Shown: positions 62,292 through 64,000 of the stretch, piece after piece
Position numbering within the stretch: the stretch's first letter is position 1
How the letters are laid out: the number at the start of each line of letters is the position of its first letter
Assembly (NCBI GenBank): GCA_034226945.1
Contig: CP120458.1
Coordinates: forward strand, 620,001 to 684,000
DNA from: Picochlorum sp. SENEW3
Lineage: Eukaryota
Reading direction: 5' to 3'
Length of the DNA: 64,000 nucleotides
Position numbers and translations under genes: made by a program
The notes under the pieces: generated by a model
Seen by the model: only the letters and a program-made list of their open reading frames with translations
The model's database searches: none
What the model was told of the DNA's origin: nothing

Positions 62292-63938
62292 CTATTCTCC
62301 GCAGACAGATGTCTCCAACGCTGAGTACAAATCAGATCCTTGCCAGTAGTACCAATAGGCGTGAATCATCATTGGGAGATTGGTCATGTTCAAATCTGAA
62401 CAAGGGACTTCTCTTGCAAAGTCAAACGCAATCTGCCGCTTTGGGAGTGTATACTGACTATCTCCCACCATTTTGATGATGTAAAAAAGATCCTCTTGAC
62501 CTGAAGCTTTGTACTGATCCAAGACTCTCAACATTGCCCTTGGAGATCGCAATGACATTCCTCCATTCCCAACACCTTCAGGAAGCGTCTCTGACAATTT
62601 GCCCCATCGCTCATTCTCTCTGTGCCAAGGTGCTCCGATGAAATCATACTTCAGGAACCTCTTTGCATTGCCGTGCAGGAGTAGTCCATCGGTCTGAATC
62701 ATCAATATGCGGTCAAAATCACGGAAATACTGCCAAAACGAAATTGAAGTTAACAGCTTATTCAAATATGGGATATCCATATACTTGATAGGTAGTTCAA
62801 TCCGCCGCATGCCTCTGATTGATTTCTCAATCGCCAGTACAAAGTCCCTATTCAAAATGCTATGTACAACAGTCACACCCCAGCTAGAATCCAAGTGATA
62901 CAGTGCATTTTTCAGCACGTATTCGAGCGCATAATGGTTTCGTGGCTCAATAAATAAAATTTGGTTGCGCGTCATCTGAGTATTAAGGCTGAAACTTCTC
63001 CCGTGTACCAACCCAGCAGTCTTGTAAACAAGATGCCGAAAGGGTTTTGATATGGTACCCCTGTGGATAAGGGTATCTGCCGTGCTCAGGAAAGCATCTT
63101 CTGTAAATTTTTTTGACTTTTCAAGAGCTAAAGAGCTCATGCTATTCCTGGTTAAATGATTGCGGACAAGTTGTACAGTCTTTTGTATTATACAGGGTTG
63201 AGTCTCGCACACAAAGCCATTGATGCCATGATCGACAATCTCCTCCATGGCTCCTCCATGGAACACGACTGGAATGATGCCATAGCCCATAGCGAGAGCA
63301 ACAGAAATCCCAAAATGCTCTTCTGAGGCAGGATCCTTGTGACCTTTCCCTATACCTGTCAGGTGCCACAATATATCTGCTGTATGCAGAAGGTCTTGCA
63401 ACTCCTGATCGCTGTAATCGATGAGGAACCTCACATTTTCAGAGCCTGCCATGTTCCTTAGTCTTTTGGTGTATTCTAGGTCTTCCTTTCTAGCCTTCAT
63501 TTGTGCACCAGCCAGGGTGAGAATTGCAGATTTTGATTTCAATATACCAATTATTTTTTCAAACATTCGAATTGCCACTTCATGGCCTTTGCTCTGTCTC
63601 CCTTCGAAGAATCTTCCGAGTAAAATGATGTGAACCTTTCTAGGGGCTCGAGTGCCCCTTGGGATGGCTCTTCGCAATGGCACTGGTGGATACAAGACAG
63701 TAATCTCTGGTAATCTACTCGAATAGAGCGAGATATTTAGACCCCTTGCCAGATATTCATTGTACCAACCAAACGTAAATTGACTATTAAGTAACACATA
63801 ATCATACGTGAGCAGGTTTCTAATTTCATACTCCTGGCTCAATTTGTCCAGGTCAAAAGGAAACTGGCACATGTAAAAGTTGACATAACCAATACCTGCA
63901 ACTTGCGGCATCTTTTCATTTCCCATGGACAAAAACAC
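62292..63938 (-). CDS. GT4 glycosyltransferase plus DUF5672-like GT-A domain (5' end probably outside the window)
   Basis: GRFF..RQSKGH, EEHFGISVALAMGYG; IQTDG, YDFIGAPW, VGNGGMSLRS, EDLFY. Confidence 0.85.
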   Translation of the reverse strand: MFLSMGNEKMPQVAGIGYVNFYMCQFPFDLDKLSQEYEIRNLLTYDYVLLNSQFTFGWYNEYLARGLNISLYSSRLPEITVLYPPVPLRRAIPRGTRAPRKVHIILLGRFFEGRQSKGHEVAIRMFEKIIGILKSKSAILTLAGAQMKARKEDLEYTKRLRNMAGSENVRFLIDYSDQELQDLLHTADILWHLTGIGKGHKDPASEEHFGISVALAMGYGIIPVVFHGGAMEEIVDHGINGFVCETQPCIIQKTVQLVRNHLTRNSMSSLALEKSKKFTEDAFLSTADTLIHRGTISKPFRHLVYKTAGLVHGRSFSLNTQMTRNQILFIEPRNHYALEYVLKNALYHLDSSWGVTVVHSILNRDFVLAIEKSIRGMRRIELPIKYMDIPYLNKLLTSISFWQYFRDFDRILMIQTDGLLLHGNAKRFLKYDFIGAPWHRENERWGKLSETLPEGVGNGGMSLRSPRAMLRVLDQYKASGQEDLFYIIKMVGDSQYTLPKRQIAFDFAREVPCSDLNMTNLPMMIHAYWYYWQGSDLYSALETSVCGE

Positions 63939-64000
63939 ATCATATTTGCTCTGGGAGTCCTTGATGAATCCGAAATCTCTATGAACAACGAAAACGCTCA

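Overview
Eukaryotic nuclear DNA, shown by phase-consistent GT-AG introns. The compact genes and RxLLQ motifs suggest a small-genome green microalga (inference). The window is a TE-dense accessory island with two interleaved components. (1) About ten mostly single-exon glycan-modifying genes: GT4, GT2-GT4, GT90/CAP10, GT-A-like, Methyltransf_24 and a sulfotransferase/beta-propeller fusion, many bacterial-like but carrying type-II membrane anchors. (2) Mobile elements of at least six classes: EnSpm/CACTA-type (intact once a 70-nt intron is spliced), Zator-like (intact), MULE-SWIM (disrupted), Helitron (disrupted, GC-rich), a LINE 3' remnant and a tyrosine-recombinase pseudogene. The most notable non-coding structure is a 212-bp element family with asymmetric termini (CATACAGAG.../...CCATACCTC), subterminal palindromic inverted repeats, a telomere-like G4 core and 8-bp TSDs. 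Several stages of its behaviour are visible: three full copies, solo ends, an 8-bp solo-core footprint in a GT gene, an apparent reversed-end inversion and a possible nascent TIR on captured Helitron DNA. Also present: a strand-specific array of GNA-triloop/sheared-GA DNA hairpins, runs of perfect palindromes at junctions, and a 0.3-1.35-kb repeat lying between co-oriented glycan genes in a cassette-like pattern. Family assignments come from motifs recognised by eye; no database search was run.
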